Source: an uncultured beta proteobacterium | GTDB lineage: Bacteria > Pseudomonadota > Gammaproteobacteria > Burkholderiales > Burkholderiaceae_C | Length of the DNA stretch: 32,000 nt | Assembly (NCBI GenBank): GCA_903822205.1 | Contig: CAIJOK010000024.1 | Span: 6,512 to 38,511 of the forward strand | Direction: 5' to 3' | Shown: positions 9,227 to 18,085 of the stretch, piece by piece | How positions within the stretch are numbered: position 1 is the stretch's first letter | How the letters are laid out: every line of letters begins with the position of its first letter | The notes under the pieces: model-generated | Told to the model about the DNA's origin: nothing | What the model saw: the letters and a program-made list of their open reading frames with translations, nothing else | The model's database searches: none | Translations under genes and position numbers: made by a program

Positions 9227-9673
9227 TCAAGCACCAGATCGCTGTTCAGCCTCCCAGCCCTTGCAGGCCAGCGCCACGTAGCGCGGCACGGGGCGTGCGC
9301 CAGTGCCATAGGCGCTGATGGTGCGAACTGTCATGCCCAGCGCCCGGGCCGCTTGGGGCAAAGTCAGCGCATTTTGGCTGCGCCACTGCACAAAAATGCG
9401 CGTGTTGTCGTCCACCGCGTTTTGTGCCCGGGCATCAAGCCACAGGGTATCAGCACCGATTTGAATGTCGTGCTTGGGCCATTCCACAGTCCAGCCCTCG
9501 CCTTCGATCAAGGTGGCATCCGCAAAAGCTTGGGGTTGGCGCAAAGGGGCTAGGCCAGGATACCTGTCAAACGCATCGGCCAACGACACGGTATAGACGC
9601 TTGAATCGACAAACGTCAGGCGTAACCGGTAGCCACTCAAAGCCTGCACGACCTGCAAACGAGGTCGCTTCAT
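9227..9673 (-). CDS. DUF2442-domain protein fused to a C-terminal XRE-like helix-turn-helix
   Basis: The DUF2442-like core is LRLTFVDSSVYTVSLADAFDRYPGLAPLRQPQAFADATLIEGEGWTVEWPKHDIQIGADTLW. The C-terminal HTH-like segment is LTLPQAARALGMTVRTISAYGTGARPVP. The ATG at 9673 overlaps the upstream gene's TGA as ATGA. The ORF track offers alternative starts at 9691 and 9682. Confidence 0.72.
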   Translation of the reverse strand: MKRPRLQVVQALSGYRLRLTFVDSSVYTVSLADAFDRYPGLAPLRQPQAFADATLIEGEGWTVEWPKHDIQIGADTLWLDARAQNAVDDNTRIFVQWRSQNALTLPQAARALGMTVRTISAYGTGARPVPRYVALACKGWEAEQRSGA

Positions 9674-9910
9674 CGTTGCCATGTTTTCCACTCCTCAATT
9701 AAGTCCACCTGATGGATATGTAACCAGGCGGTGACTTCAGCCAGCACACCCGCTGGTACGATACCCGCCACCAACGACAGCGTGGCCAGATCAAATTTGG
9801 CATTGACTTCACCGCCAACCAAATGCACGTGCATGGGATCGTGGTCTTTTTCGCGCAACTGCAAACAACTGCAAACGGTACTTGTTGCGAAAGCGCTGTT
9901 TGGTGGTCAT
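9670..9910 (-). pseudogene. DUF4160-family gene disrupted by a +10 bp frameshift (exact tandem duplication)
   Basis: The ATG at 9910 opens MTTKQRFRNKYRLQLFAVARKRPRSHARAFGWR*. The DUF4160-like body (REKDHDPMHVHLVGGEVNAKFDLATL...IEEWKTWQR) is in another frame and starts only at a TTG at 9864. Deleting one 10-bp copy joins both parts into a 76-aa protein with a typical DUF4160 layout. Confidence 0.7.
9857..9876. repeat. Exact 10-bp tandem duplication (plus strand aactgcaaac x2)
   Basis: Read directly from the sequence: c-aactgcaaac-aactgcaaac-g at 9856-9877. Confidence 0.95.
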
Positions 9911-9989
9911 GGACTAGACTGGATTGTATAGAAATAATGTCTATATGTTTGATGATAACCAAGAGTGCAAATTCGAGAGCTGACTCTCA

Positions 9990-10718
9990 TCAGTCCGCAC
10001 GCTGATGCTGCTCGCGCCAGGCCTTGGCCTTTGCAAAATGCCCGCAACCGATAAATGGCACGGGGGGCCGCAGCGCCGACAGGGGGGATGGGTGGTTGGC
10101 ACACAAAACCAGATGGCTCTTGGCATCGATCAGCGCACGTTTGCTCTGCGCGTGGCTGCCCCACAGCATGAACACAACGTGGGGCGCGGTGTCAGACACC
10201 AAACGGATGACGGCATCAGTCAAGGCCTCCCAGCCACGACCTGCGTGGCTGGCGGGCTGGCCCTCTTCAACCGTCAAACAGGTGTTGAGCAACAAAACGC
10301 CGTGTTTGGCCCAACGCACCAGACTGCCGCCTGGCATCGGAAAGGGGGGCAAAGGCTGTCCCAGGTCACGTTGCAGCTCTTTGAAAATATTGCGCAAAGA
10401 TGGGGGCAGTGGCACCCCCGGAGCGACCGAAAACGCCAGACCCTCGGCCTGACCGCGCCCGTGGTAGGGGTCTTGCCCCAAGACAACGACACGCACGGAC
10501 TCAAGTGGTGTCAGTTCAAGGGCGCGCAGTGGCTGGGGCGGAAAGACGACGGCTCCCTGTGCCAGTCGTTGCTGCAAAAATTTAAGCAATTGCTGCCCCG
10601 CAGCAGAGCCAAAAAACTGGCTGACCAGGGCTGTCCAGCTTGCCGCAACAGGCCAAGCATCAGACGTTGCGGCAAGCAGTTGGTCAGGCAGGGGCACATC
10701 CAAAAGAGTGGCAGACAT
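9990..10718 (-). CDS. ung: Uracil-DNA glycosylase (family 1)
   Basis: Motifs VVVLGQDPYHGRGQAEGLAFSV and CANHPSPLSA. Start chosen at the ATG (MSATLLD...) at 10718, 4 nt downstream of the trpC stop. The ORF track's start at 10739 would overlap trpC. Confidence 0.94.
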   Translation of the reverse strand: MSATLLDVPLPDQLLAATSDAWPVAASWTALVSQFFGSAAGQQLLKFLQQRLAQGAVVFPPQPLRALELTPLESVRVVVLGQDPYHGRGQAEGLAFSVAPGVPLPPSLRNIFKELQRDLGQPLPPFPMPGGSLVRWAKHGVLLLNTCLTVEEGQPASHAGRGWEALTDAVIRLVSDTAPHVVFMLWGSHAQSKRALIDAKSHLVLCANHPSPLSALRPPVPFIGCGHFAKAKAWREQHQRAD

Positions 10719-10722
10719 GGCG

Positions 10723-11520
10723 CTACACCTCAAACCCAAACAAGGCCGCCAATTCTTCGCCAGGCTCTGCGGCTTGCATCAAGGCCTCGCCCACCAAAAA
10801 CGCTTGTACGCCGGCCGCCTGCATTTGCAGCACGTCATCGCGGGCATGAATGCCACTTTCGCAGACCAGCAAACGATCGGCTGGCACATCGCGTCGCAAC
10901 TGCAAGGTGGTATCCAGCGAAACCTCAAAAGTCTGTAGATTGCGGTTGTTCACGCCGATCAAGGGGGTTTTGAGCCTCAAGGCGCGTTCCAGTTCACGTG
11001 CATCGTGAACCTCGACCAGCACCGCCATGTCCAGCCCCTGGGCGATGGCCTCAAAATCTCGCAGTTGTGTATCGTCCAGCACTGCGGCGATCAACAAAAC
11101 GGCATCTGCGCCGATCACCCTGGACTCGTAGATTTGATAGGCATCGACCATAAAGTCTTTGCGCAACACTGGCAAATGGCACGCGGCACGCGCTTGCTTA
11201 AAGCCATCGACACTGCCCCCAAAAAACTGCTGATCCGTCAGCACCGACAAACAGGCTGCGCCATATTCGGCGTAACTTTGGGCCATGTCGGCTGGATAAA
11301 AATCAGCGCGCAAAACGCCACGGGACGGGCTGGATTTTTTGATCTCGGCGATGACGGCGGCCTGACCGCCGGCCATTTTGCTGCGCAGGGCAGCTTCAAA
11401 ATTGCGCGTCAATACGCGGCTTTCGGCATCCGTCCGCACGTCAGACAGGGGTTTGCGCTTTAAGGCGGATGCCACCTCGGTGCGTTTGACCGCGACGATT
11501 TTGTCCAGGATATGTGTCAT
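10723..11520 (-). CDS. trpC: Indole-3-glycerol phosphate synthase
   Basis: [16 protein letters not shown]..., [42 protein letters not shown] and CESGI are classic TrpC blocks. The internal ATG at 11520 is preferred over the ORF-track start at 11601. Confidence 0.94.
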   Translation of the reverse strand: MTHILDKIVAVKRTEVASALKRKPLSDVRTDAESRVLTRNFEAALRSKMAGGQAAVIAEIKKSSPSRGVLRADFYPADMAQSYAEYGAACLSVLTDQQFFGGSVDGFKQARAACHLPVLRKDFMVDAYQIYESRVIGADAVLLIAAVLDDTQLRDFEAIAQGLDMAVLVEVHDARELERALRLKTPLIGVNNRNLQTFEVSLDTTLQLRRDVPADRLLVCESGIHARDDVLQMQAAGVQAFLVGEALMQAAEPGEELAALFGFEV

Positions 11521-11569
11521 GAAAGTGGATGAAGTGAAGAAAGCAGGGGGACGTGGAAGAACGCCGCAG

Positions 11570-12541
11570 TCACGGCAGTGTGATCTGGGTATCACGCGCA
11601 AAGGGCCACTTGCGGTTGATCTCGTTGGTCAATTGGCCGATACGCCGCAGGTTGGCCTCAATCTCGGCACGCAGAGTGACCAGGTCGGTGCTGGCCACGC
11701 GGACATTGGCCCCCACCGCCTGGGCCTCGGCCAACACGGCATCCACTTTTTGCAAGCTGGCGCGGGTGTCGCTCAGGACGGCGGTCAGTTGTGCCGTGGC
11801 CGTCTGGGTGCCGGTTAGGGTGGTCATCACGCCGTCTATCACCCCTTTGTCACCATAGATGCGTTGCTGTGTGGTGGCCAACAGCCGGTTGGTTTGGTCC
11901 AGTGTGGTGATGATTTTTTGGGCATGAAGCTCACTGCCCAGCACACCGGTCAGCACCCCATAGCGACCGGTTGTACGCTCGGTCACAGTCTTCAGGTTAG
12001 CCAAGCTGGTGTTCAGACTGGACTGCGGGCCGGTCATGTTGGTGAGGTTCTCCAAAAGCTCGCGGGCCGATGCCACCAGGCGCGGAATCTCGGCCCCAGT
12101 GTCGCCGCGCAGCAAGGTGCGCTCGGCGTTGGCAGGCAGTGGTGGGTCTGTCAAAACGCCGCTAAAGGCGCGAATGCGGGTGTCGCCCACCATGCCGCGT
12201 TCCATCGTAAAAATGCTGGAGGTGCGCAGCCAGTGGGCATCTTTGCGCGGAACATCGACCACCATGCGGGCCTTGCCGTCAGTGCTCAGCTCGATGCGCT
12301 GCACCCGCCCGATGGGAAACCCCGAAAAAGTGACCTCCATGCCCACCATGACGCCCTCTGAGTCATCAGACACCAGCACCAATTGCTGCGTACTGTCAAA
12401 CACGCCCCGGGCCACCATCACGTAGAGCGCAAAACCGGCGATCAGGGCGGCAGCGGCCACCAACAACAGCGCAGCCTTGCGCTCCAGATGGGCAATGGGG
12501 GGCAGGGTGTTGGGGGGTGAAGGGTTGGAATCGTCTTGCAT
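11570..12541 (-). CDS. MlaD/MCE-domain membrane protein with a long C-terminal helical region
   Basis: An N-terminal TM helix ([20 protein letters not shown]) is followed by an MCE core ([35 protein letters not shown]). Start chosen at ATG 12541 (MQDDSNP...). Confidence 0.78.
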   Translation of the reverse strand: MQDDSNPSPPNTLPPIAHLERKAALLLVAAAALIAGFALYVMVARGVFDSTQQLVLVSDDSEGVMVGMEVTFSGFPIGRVQRIELSTDGKARMVVDVPRKDAHWLRTSSIFTMERGMVGDTRIRAFSGVLTDPPLPANAERTLLRGDTGAEIPRLVASARELLENLTNMTGPQSSLNTSLANLKTVTERTTGRYGVLTGVLGSELHAQKIITTLDQTNRLLATTQQRIYGDKGVIDGVMTTLTGTQTATAQLTAVLSDTRASLQKVDAVLAEAQAVGANVRVASTDLVTLRAEIEANLRRIGQLTNEINRKWPFARDTQITLP

Positions 12542-12597
12542 CGTCAGATTTGGGGGGCAGTTTTGCGGAGACCCTGCGATTATTATTGCTTGTGAAC

Positions 12598-13686
12598 ATG
12601 AACAGTCCGGCCTCGATCCGCATCGGCCCACACACCCTGCCTAACCGCGTGTTTTTGGCCCCCATGGCCGGTGTAACCGACCGGCCATTCAGGCAGTTGT
12701 GCAGGCATTTGGGCGCGGGCTATGCGGTGAGCGAGATGGTGGCATCGCGCTTCGATCTGCGCACCTCGCATCAAGCCTTGCGCCGCTTATGTCACGACGG
12801 TGAGACTGGGCCGATTGCCGTGCAAATTTTGGGCACCGAACCTGCTGTCATGGCCGAGGCCGCACGCGCCCACATCGGTCTGGGGGCGCAGATCATCGAC
12901 ATCAACATGGGCTGTCCGGCTAAAAAAGTTTGCCACCAGTGGGCGGGGTCGGCCTTGATGCAAGACCTCGATTTGGCGATCCGCATCGTCAGTGCCGTGG
13001 TCCAGGCTTGTACGCCGCATGAGGTTCCGGTGACGCTCAAAATGCGCACAGGCTACAGTGCATCGCACAAAAACGCGGTGCAGTTGGCAAGGCGGGCACA
13101 AGATGCCGGTGCAGCCATGATCACGGTACACGGGCGCACCCGTGACCAGCGTTACAGAGGCCAGGCCGAGTACGACACTGTGGCCGCAGTCAAGGCTGCT
13201 GTATCAGTGCCTGTGGTGGCCAATGGCGATATTGATACCCCTGCCAAAGCCTGTGCTGTCTTGGCCGCCACGGGAGTGGATGCCGTGATGGTGGGGCGTG
13301 CAGCGCTGGGGCGGCCCTGGGTTTTTCGCGACATGGTGCATTTCATGGTCACAGGCCAGTGCTTGCCTCAGCCGCAGGTGGCCGATGTCAAACAGTGGGT
13401 GTTGTCCCATCTGCAAGACCATTACGCGTTGTATGGTGACTACATGGGGGTGCGAACAGCACGCAAACACATCGGTTGGTATTTCGGGCTTATGCCTGGG
13501 GGTGCTACATTGTGTGCCCGTTTGAACACGTTGGACGATGGCCTGCAACAGTCACAGGCCGTGGCGGCTTTTTTTGATACCCTTGCCGACCAGTTGGATC
13601 GATGGCCTGATGCCGATGCCCTGACGGTCGTCCCCTCACGGTTTTCTTCACATTCACATCCCCCTGTCTTGGAGTCCCTACGATGA
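12598..13686 (+). CDS. dusB: tRNA-dihydrouridine synthase B
   Basis: IRIGPHTLPNRVFLAPMAGVTDRPFR, DINMGCPAKKV and the ITVHGRT motifs. It is followed by fis with an ATGA overlap, the canonical dusB-fis operon. Start chosen at ATG 12598. Confidence 0.92.
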   Translation: MNSPASIRIGPHTLPNRVFLAPMAGVTDRPFRQLCRHLGAGYAVSEMVASRFDLRTSHQALRRLCHDGETGPIAVQILGTEPAVMAEAARAHIGLGAQIIDINMGCPAKKVCHQWAGSALMQDLDLAIRIVSAVVQACTPHEVPVTLKMRTGYSASHKNAVQLARRAQDAGAAMITVHGRTRDQRYRGQAEYDTVAAVKAAVSVPVVANGDIDTPAKACAVLAATGVDAVMVGRAALGRPWVFRDMVHFMVTGQCLPQPQVADVKQWVLSHLQDHYALYGDYMGVRTARKHIGWYFGLMPGGATLCARLNTLDDGLQQSQAVAAFFDTLADQLDRWPDADALTVVPSRFSSHSHPPVLESLR

Positions 13687-13934
13687 AACAACCTGTTGCA
13701 GACTGTGTGCGCCACAACCTTGAGAGTTATCTGCGCAGTTTGAAGGGCAGCCCACCCAGCGGCATGTACGACATGCTGGTTGCGACCGTAGAAAAGCCAC
13801 TGCTTGAGGTGGTGATGCAACACACCGGTCACAACCAGTCGCTGGCTGCGCAATGGCTGGGCTTAAATCGCAACACATTGCGCAAAAAACTCTTGCAGCA
13901 CCAGATTAACCCGTCGGGTGATGCGGTGTTGTAG
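13683..13934 (+). CDS. fis: Fis-family nucleoid-associated DNA-binding protein
   Basis: 83 aa with the C-terminal HTH GNQSLAAQWLGLNRNTLRKKL. Its position immediately after dusB supports the call. Confidence 0.9.
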   Translation: MKQPVADCVRHNLESYLRSLKGSPPSGMYDMLVATVEKPLLEVVMQHTGHNQSLAAQWLGLNRNTLRKKLLQHQINPSGDAVL

Positions 13935-13986
13935 CCGGCATCACCAGCCATAAACCCTTTAGCACCTCCCACCCAACGAGCCCACC

Positions 13987-15609
13987 ATGAATGCACTTTT
14001 ATCTGTCTCTGACAAAACCGGTATTGTTCAATTTGCCAGAGCCCTGCACGCCTTGGGCATCAGGCTGCTTTCTACAGGTGGCACGGCCAAGTTGCTGGCG
14101 GACCAGGGTCTGCCTGTGACGGAGGTCGCAGAGGTCACGGGGTTCCCCGAGATGCTCGACGGCAGGGTCAAAACCCTTCACCCCAAGGTTCACGGTGCCT
14201 TGTTGGCCAGGCGCGATGTGCCAGAACACATGGCCGCGTTGCTTGCCCACGGTATCGACACCATCGATCTGTTGGTGGTCAATTTGTACCCGTTTGAGGC
14301 CACCGTAGCCCAGCCTGCGTGTACTCTGGACGATGCGATCGAAAACATCGACATCGGTGGACCTGCCATGGTGCGCAGCGCTGCCAAAAACTGGAAGGAC
14401 GTGGGAGTGGTCACGGACGTGTCCCAGTACGACACCGTTTTGGCTGAGCTATCGGCCACAGGCCACCTGACGCAAGCAAGCCGGTTTGCCCTGGCGGTCG
14501 CTGCCTTCAATCGCATCAGCCAGTACGACGGCGCGATCAGTGATTACCTATCGGCAATCCAGTTATCGTTTGAGGCTGACCAGCCTGACCAGTCTCTCCA
14601 AAGTACGCCTGTGCGTCAGCGTTTTCCTGCGCAATTCAATGGCCGATTTGTCAAAGTGCAAGACCTGCGTTATGGCGAAAACCCCCACCAAAACGCTGCG
14701 TTGTACCGCGATTTGCAGCCTGCGCCAGGCTCGTTGGTCATGGCGCAGCAGTTGCACGGCAAAGAACTGAGCTACAACAACATCGTCGATGCCGATGCCG
14801 CCTGGGAATGCGTCAAGAGCTTTGACCCCGCCACCGATGGGGCGGCTTGTGTCATTGTCAAGCACGCCAACCCCTGTGGCGTGGCCCTGGGGGCCGATGC
14901 CCAATCGGCATACCAACGCGCCTTTCAGACCGACCCCACCTCAGCATTTGGCGGCATCATTGCCCTAAACTGCCCGTTGGACGGGCCTGCGGCGCTACAA
15001 ATATCAAAGCAATTTGTTGAGCTTGTGATAGCGCCCGGCTTTACCCCTGATGCTTTGGCGGTTTTCCAGTCCAAGGCCAACGTGCGTCTTTTGAAGATCA
15101 CCCTGCCCATGGGGGGCGACGATGTGGGGGGCCAGGGCCACACTGCGATGGACCTGAAGCGCATTGGTGGTGGACTGTTGATGCAAACCCCAGACCGTTA
15201 TCCACTGTTGCCGGACAGTCTGAAAGTGGTGACACGGTTGCAGCCCACCCCGGCCCAGATGGCCGACCTGCTATTTGCCCACAAGGTGAGCAAGTTTGTC
15301 AAAAGCAACGCCATCGTGTTTTGCAAAGACGGCATGACGCTGGGCGTGGGGGCCGGTCAGATGAGCCGCCTGGACTCGGCCCGGATAGCCAGCATCAAGG
15401 CCGGCGCTGCGGGTTTGTCACTGGCCGGCACGGCGGTGGCCAGCGATGCGTTTTTTCCGTTCCGGGACGGGCTGGATGTGGTGGTCGATGCCGGGGCCAC
15501 CTGCATCATTCAACCAGGGGGGTCTGTGCGTGACCCCGAGGTGATCGCTGCCGCAGATCTGCGCGGCGTGGTGATGGTGTTGGGTGGGGGTCGCCACTTC
15601 AGGCATTAG
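13987..15609 (+). CDS. purH: Bifunctional AICAR transformylase / IMP cyclohydrolase
   Basis: N-terminal [19 protein letters not shown] and [13 protein letters not shown]-terminal [17 protein letters not shown] and [10 protein letters not shown]. Confidence 0.97.
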   Translation: MNALLSVSDKTGIVQFARALHALGIRLLSTGGTAKLLADQGLPVTEVAEVTGFPEMLDGRVKTLHPKVHGALLARRDVPEHMAALLAHGIDTIDLLVVNLYPFEATVAQPACTLDDAIENIDIGGPAMVRSAAKNWKDVGVVTDVSQYDTVLAELSATGHLTQASRFALAVAAFNRISQYDGAISDYLSAIQLSFEADQPDQSLQSTPVRQRFPAQFNGRFVKVQDLRYGENPHQNAALYRDLQPAPGSLVMAQQLHGKELSYNNIVDADAAWECVKSFDPATDGAACVIVKHANPCGVALGADAQSAYQRAFQTDPTSAFGGIIALNCPLDGPAALQISKQFVELVIAPGFTPDALAVFQSKANVRLLKITLPMGGDDVGGQGHTAMDLKRIGGGLLMQTPDRYPLLPDSLKVVTRLQPTPAQMADLLFAHKVSKFVKSNAIVFCKDGMTLGVGAGQMSRLDSARIASIKAGAAGLSLAGTAVASDAFFPFRDGLDVVVDAGATCIIQPGGSVRDPEVIAAADLRGVVMVLGGGRHFRH

Positions 15610-16622
15610 CCCTCAGTCGCCGCAAAGTCAGCGTAGGCCAGGCTTAAACCCTGTACCAGGGTGACGCGGGGTTGCCAGCCCAGGCGGTTGATCAAGGCGC
15701 TGTCCATCCACTTGCGGGGTGCCCCGTCGGGCTGGGTAGGGTCAAACGCGATGCGACCGGTATAGCCCACCGCCGCGCCCACCGCATGGGCCAGTTCATG
15801 GATCGTGATGTCACTGCCAAAACCCACATTGATGTGGCTCTGCATGGGCAGAGTGTGGGCAGCATAAGTGGCATACGACAGTTGCATCACAAACACGCTG
15901 GCTGAGGCCATGTCATCCACATACAAAAACTCGCGCCTAGGTGAGCCGGTGCCCCAGATGACAACCTCTAAGGCATTGGCCACCCGGGCCTCGTGAAATC
16001 GCCGTATCAGTGCCGGTATGACGTGACTGTTTTGGGGGTGGTAGTTGTCACCCGGGCCATACAAATTGGTGGGCATGACGCTGCGATAGTCGCGTCCATA
16101 TTGGCGGTTGTAGCTTTCGCAGAGCTTGATGCCGGCAATTTTGGCCACAGCATAAGGCTCGTTCGTAGGCTCTAGCGCACCGGTCAGCAAGGCTGCCTCG
16201 GACATGGGCTGAGCAGCCAGGCGCGGATAAATACAGCTTGACCCTAAAAAAAGCAGTTTTTGCACGTCGTTGCAGTGTGCAGCGTGGATGATGTTGGCCT
16301 GCACCATCAGGTTGTCATAGATAAAGTCCGCTGGATAGGTGTTGTTGGCGTGAATGCCGCCCACCCTGGCCGCCGCCAGATAGACCTGTGTGGGCCGTGT
16401 TTGTTCAAAAAAATCATGGACCGCAGCTTGGTTACGCAGGTCAAGACTGGCTTGGGTGCGGGTGATGATCTGGGCCGATGGGACACCTTGGGCCAGCAAG
16501 GCCCTGACGATGGCTGACCCAACCATGCCGCGATGACCGGCAACGTAAATTTTGTCAGTCGATTCGGTCAATTCAGTCAATTCAGTCAATTCAGTCGATA
16601 GAGTGGAATGTGCAGTTGTCAT
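15606..16622 (-). CDS. fcl: GDP-L-fucose synthase (GDP-4-keto-6-deoxy-D-mannose 3,5-epimerase/4-reductase)
   Basis: [35 protein letters not shown] and the [11 protein letters not shown] blocks. The start is uncertain: ATG 16622, GTG 16652, or a TTG inside the 9-bp repeat. The N-terminal extension carries the TELTELTEL repeat. Confidence 0.88.
   Translation of the reverse strand: MTTAHSTLSTELTELTELTESTDKIYVAGHRGMVGSAIVRALLAQGVPSAQIITRTQASLDLRNQAAVHDFFEQTRPTQVYLAAARVGGIHANNTYPADFIYDNLMVQANIIHAAHCNDVQKLLFLGSSCIYPRLAAQPMSEAALLTGALEPTNEPYAVAKIAGIKLCESYNRQYGRDYRSVMPTNLYGPGDNYHPQNSHVIPALIRRFHEARVANALEVVIWGTGSPRREFLYVDDMASASVFVMQLSYATYAAHTLPMQSHINVGFGSDITIHELAHAVGAAVGYTGRIAFDPTQPDGAPRKWMDSALINRLGWQPRVTLVQGLSLAYADFAATEG
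16558..16596. repeat. 9-bp in-frame tandem repeat (plus strand gtcaattca x3, flanked by a degenerate copy gtcgattcg and a partial gtc)
   Basis: Read directly from the sequence. On the coding strand it is ACTGAATTG x3, giving (TEL)3 within [14 protein letters not shown] at the 5' end of fcl. Confidence 0.92.
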
Positions 16623-16750
16623 GGGAGAAAACCGAAGAGGGTGAAAGGGCACACTCAGCAGGCCAGACGGCCAGGTCAGTGTGGGTGATGATGGTCATCT
16701 GAACCAGAGGTTGAGGTCACCCCCGCCCCCAGGGGGTACTTGCATCCTGT

Positions 16751-16759
16751 GGGGGGGGG
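16751..16759. repeat. Homopolymeric G9 (C9 on the gene strand) tract in the ftsZ-fcl intergenic region
   Basis: Read directly from the sequence: ctgt-ggggggggg-attt. Confidence 0.9.
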
Positions 16760-16779
16760 ATTTCACGACCGTTAGGGGG

Positions 16780-18015
16780 TTAGTTCTGCAATGCCCGCAA
16801 ATACGCCGGAATCTCAATGTCGCTCATGCCGCCGCTGGACAGCGCGTCGGCCCTGCCTGCAATGTTGCGCTCGCGGTTGGTGCGCCAGACGGCAGGGGTA
16901 TTGACATCCGATTGCCCTCGCATGGGACCCTGATCAGTGGGGGCGGTGTTTTGGCCCTCGCAAGCTGCGCCCTGAAGCAAAAGATCATTCGACCCCGTGC
17001 GCCATTTGGTTAGGGGCCGTGGGCCACCACCTGATACCACCTGAAGCTTGGGGCGGGGCTGGCTTAGGCCCGTGGCCAACACCGTGACACGAATTTGGTC
17101 ACCCAGTGTCTCGTCATACGCAGAACCGTAAGTGATGATGGCCTCTGGAGAAGCGTATTCGCTGACGGTGTTCATCGCTTGTTTTGATTCTGACAGTTTG
17201 AGTGTAGATTTGCTGCCCGAAACCAAGACGACCACGCCCTTGGCACTGGACAAGTCCAATCCTTCAAGCAGAGGGCAAATCAGGGCCTGGGTAGCTGCAG
17301 TGCCGGCCCTGTCCGGGCCAGATGCCACGGCGGTGCCCATGATGGCCTTGCCAGGCTCTTCCATGATGGATTTCACATCTTCAAAGTCCACGTTCACCTG
17401 ACCTGTCACATTGATGACTTCGGCCAAACCGCCCACGGCATTTCTCAACACGTCGTTGGCCAAGGCAAAAGCCTGCTCTTGCAATATGTCTTCGTTTTCC
17501 TCAGTCAATAGTTTTTCATTCAACACAACGATCAGGGAATCGACATTGGCCTCCAGTTCTTTCAGTCCGGCCTCGGCTTGATTCATGCGGCGTTTGCCCT
17601 CAAACTCAAAGGGCTTGGTCACAACGCCAACGGTCAAGATGCCCATTTCACGGGCGATGCGGGCGATCACCGGGGCAGCACCACTGCCTGTTCCGCCGCC
17701 CATGCCGGCTGTGATAAACAGCATATGGGCACCGTCAATGGCTTGGCGAATGCTGTCAGTCGCCAATTCTGCTGCCTCACGCGCACGGTCGGGCTTGCCA
17801 CCGGCACCCAGACCGGTGGTGCCCAGCTGGATCAGGCTGCCGGCACTGCACGTGTTCAGCGCTTGCGCGTCTGTGTTGGCGCAGACAAAGTCAATGCCAA
17901 GGACGTTGCTGGCGATCATGTGAGACACGGCGTTGCCGCCGCCGCCACCAACACCGATCACTTTGATGTGTGTGCCGCGATTAAAGGTTTCGACACCGAT
18001 CATTTCGATAGCCAT
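16780..18015 (-). CDS. ftsZ: Cell division GTPase FtsZ
   Basis: IKVIGVGGGGGNAV, the GGGTGSGAAP tubulin signature and a C-terminal DIEIPAYLR peptide. Start at ATG 18015 with GGAGAA upstream. The ORF-track extension to 18123 runs through the AT-rich spacer and is not credible. Confidence 0.97.
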   Translation of the reverse strand: MAIEMIGVETFNRGTHIKVIGVGGGGGNAVSHMIASNVLGIDFVCANTDAQALNTCSAGSLIQLGTTGLGAGGKPDRAREAAELATDSIRQAIDGAHMLFITAGMGGGTGSGAAPVIARIAREMGILTVGVVTKPFEFEGKRRMNQAEAGLKELEANVDSLIVVLNEKLLTEENEDILQEQAFALANDVLRNAVGGLAEVINVTGQVNVDFEDVKSIMEEPGKAIMGTAVASGPDRAGTAATQALICPLLEGLDLSSAKGVVVLVSGSKSTLKLSESKQAMNTVSEYASPEAIITYGSAYDETLGDQIRVTVLATGLSQPRPKLQVVSGGGPRPLTKWRTGSNDLLLQGAACEGQNTAPTDQGPMRGQSDVNTPAVWRTNRERNIAGRADALSSGGMSDIEIPAYLRALQN

Positions 18016-18085
18016 AATATTCTCCAAAAAATCAAGGGGGTATGAAAACAAAAAAATATACAAATACAAATACAACAAAAGAAAT

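Noticed and set aside
9911-9989. Possible promoter (TTGCAC / TATAGA or TATACAAT) and a GAGAG-tcag-CTCTC hairpin between ung and the DUF4160 gene
   Set aside because: Spacings are non-optimal (18-19 nt), the hexamers are weak and the hairpin stem is only 5 bp. The evidence is too weak to annotate.
10005-10973. 322-aa plus-strand ORF
   Set aside because: It is antisense to ung and trpC, both of which have unambiguous catalytic motifs. It is a shadow ORF.
16567-16596. Three phased TTGACT/TTGACC hexamers in the fcl 9-bp repeat, considered as -35 elements
   Set aside because: There is no acceptable -10 hexamer at 16-18 nt from any copy. Their presence is more simply explained as a by-product of the repeat unit.
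16719-16737. ACCCCC-gccccca-GGGGGT hairpin downstream of ftsZ, considered as a terminator
   Set aside because: There is no U-tract on the gene strand and the stem is short. I kept it only as context for the G9 tract finding.
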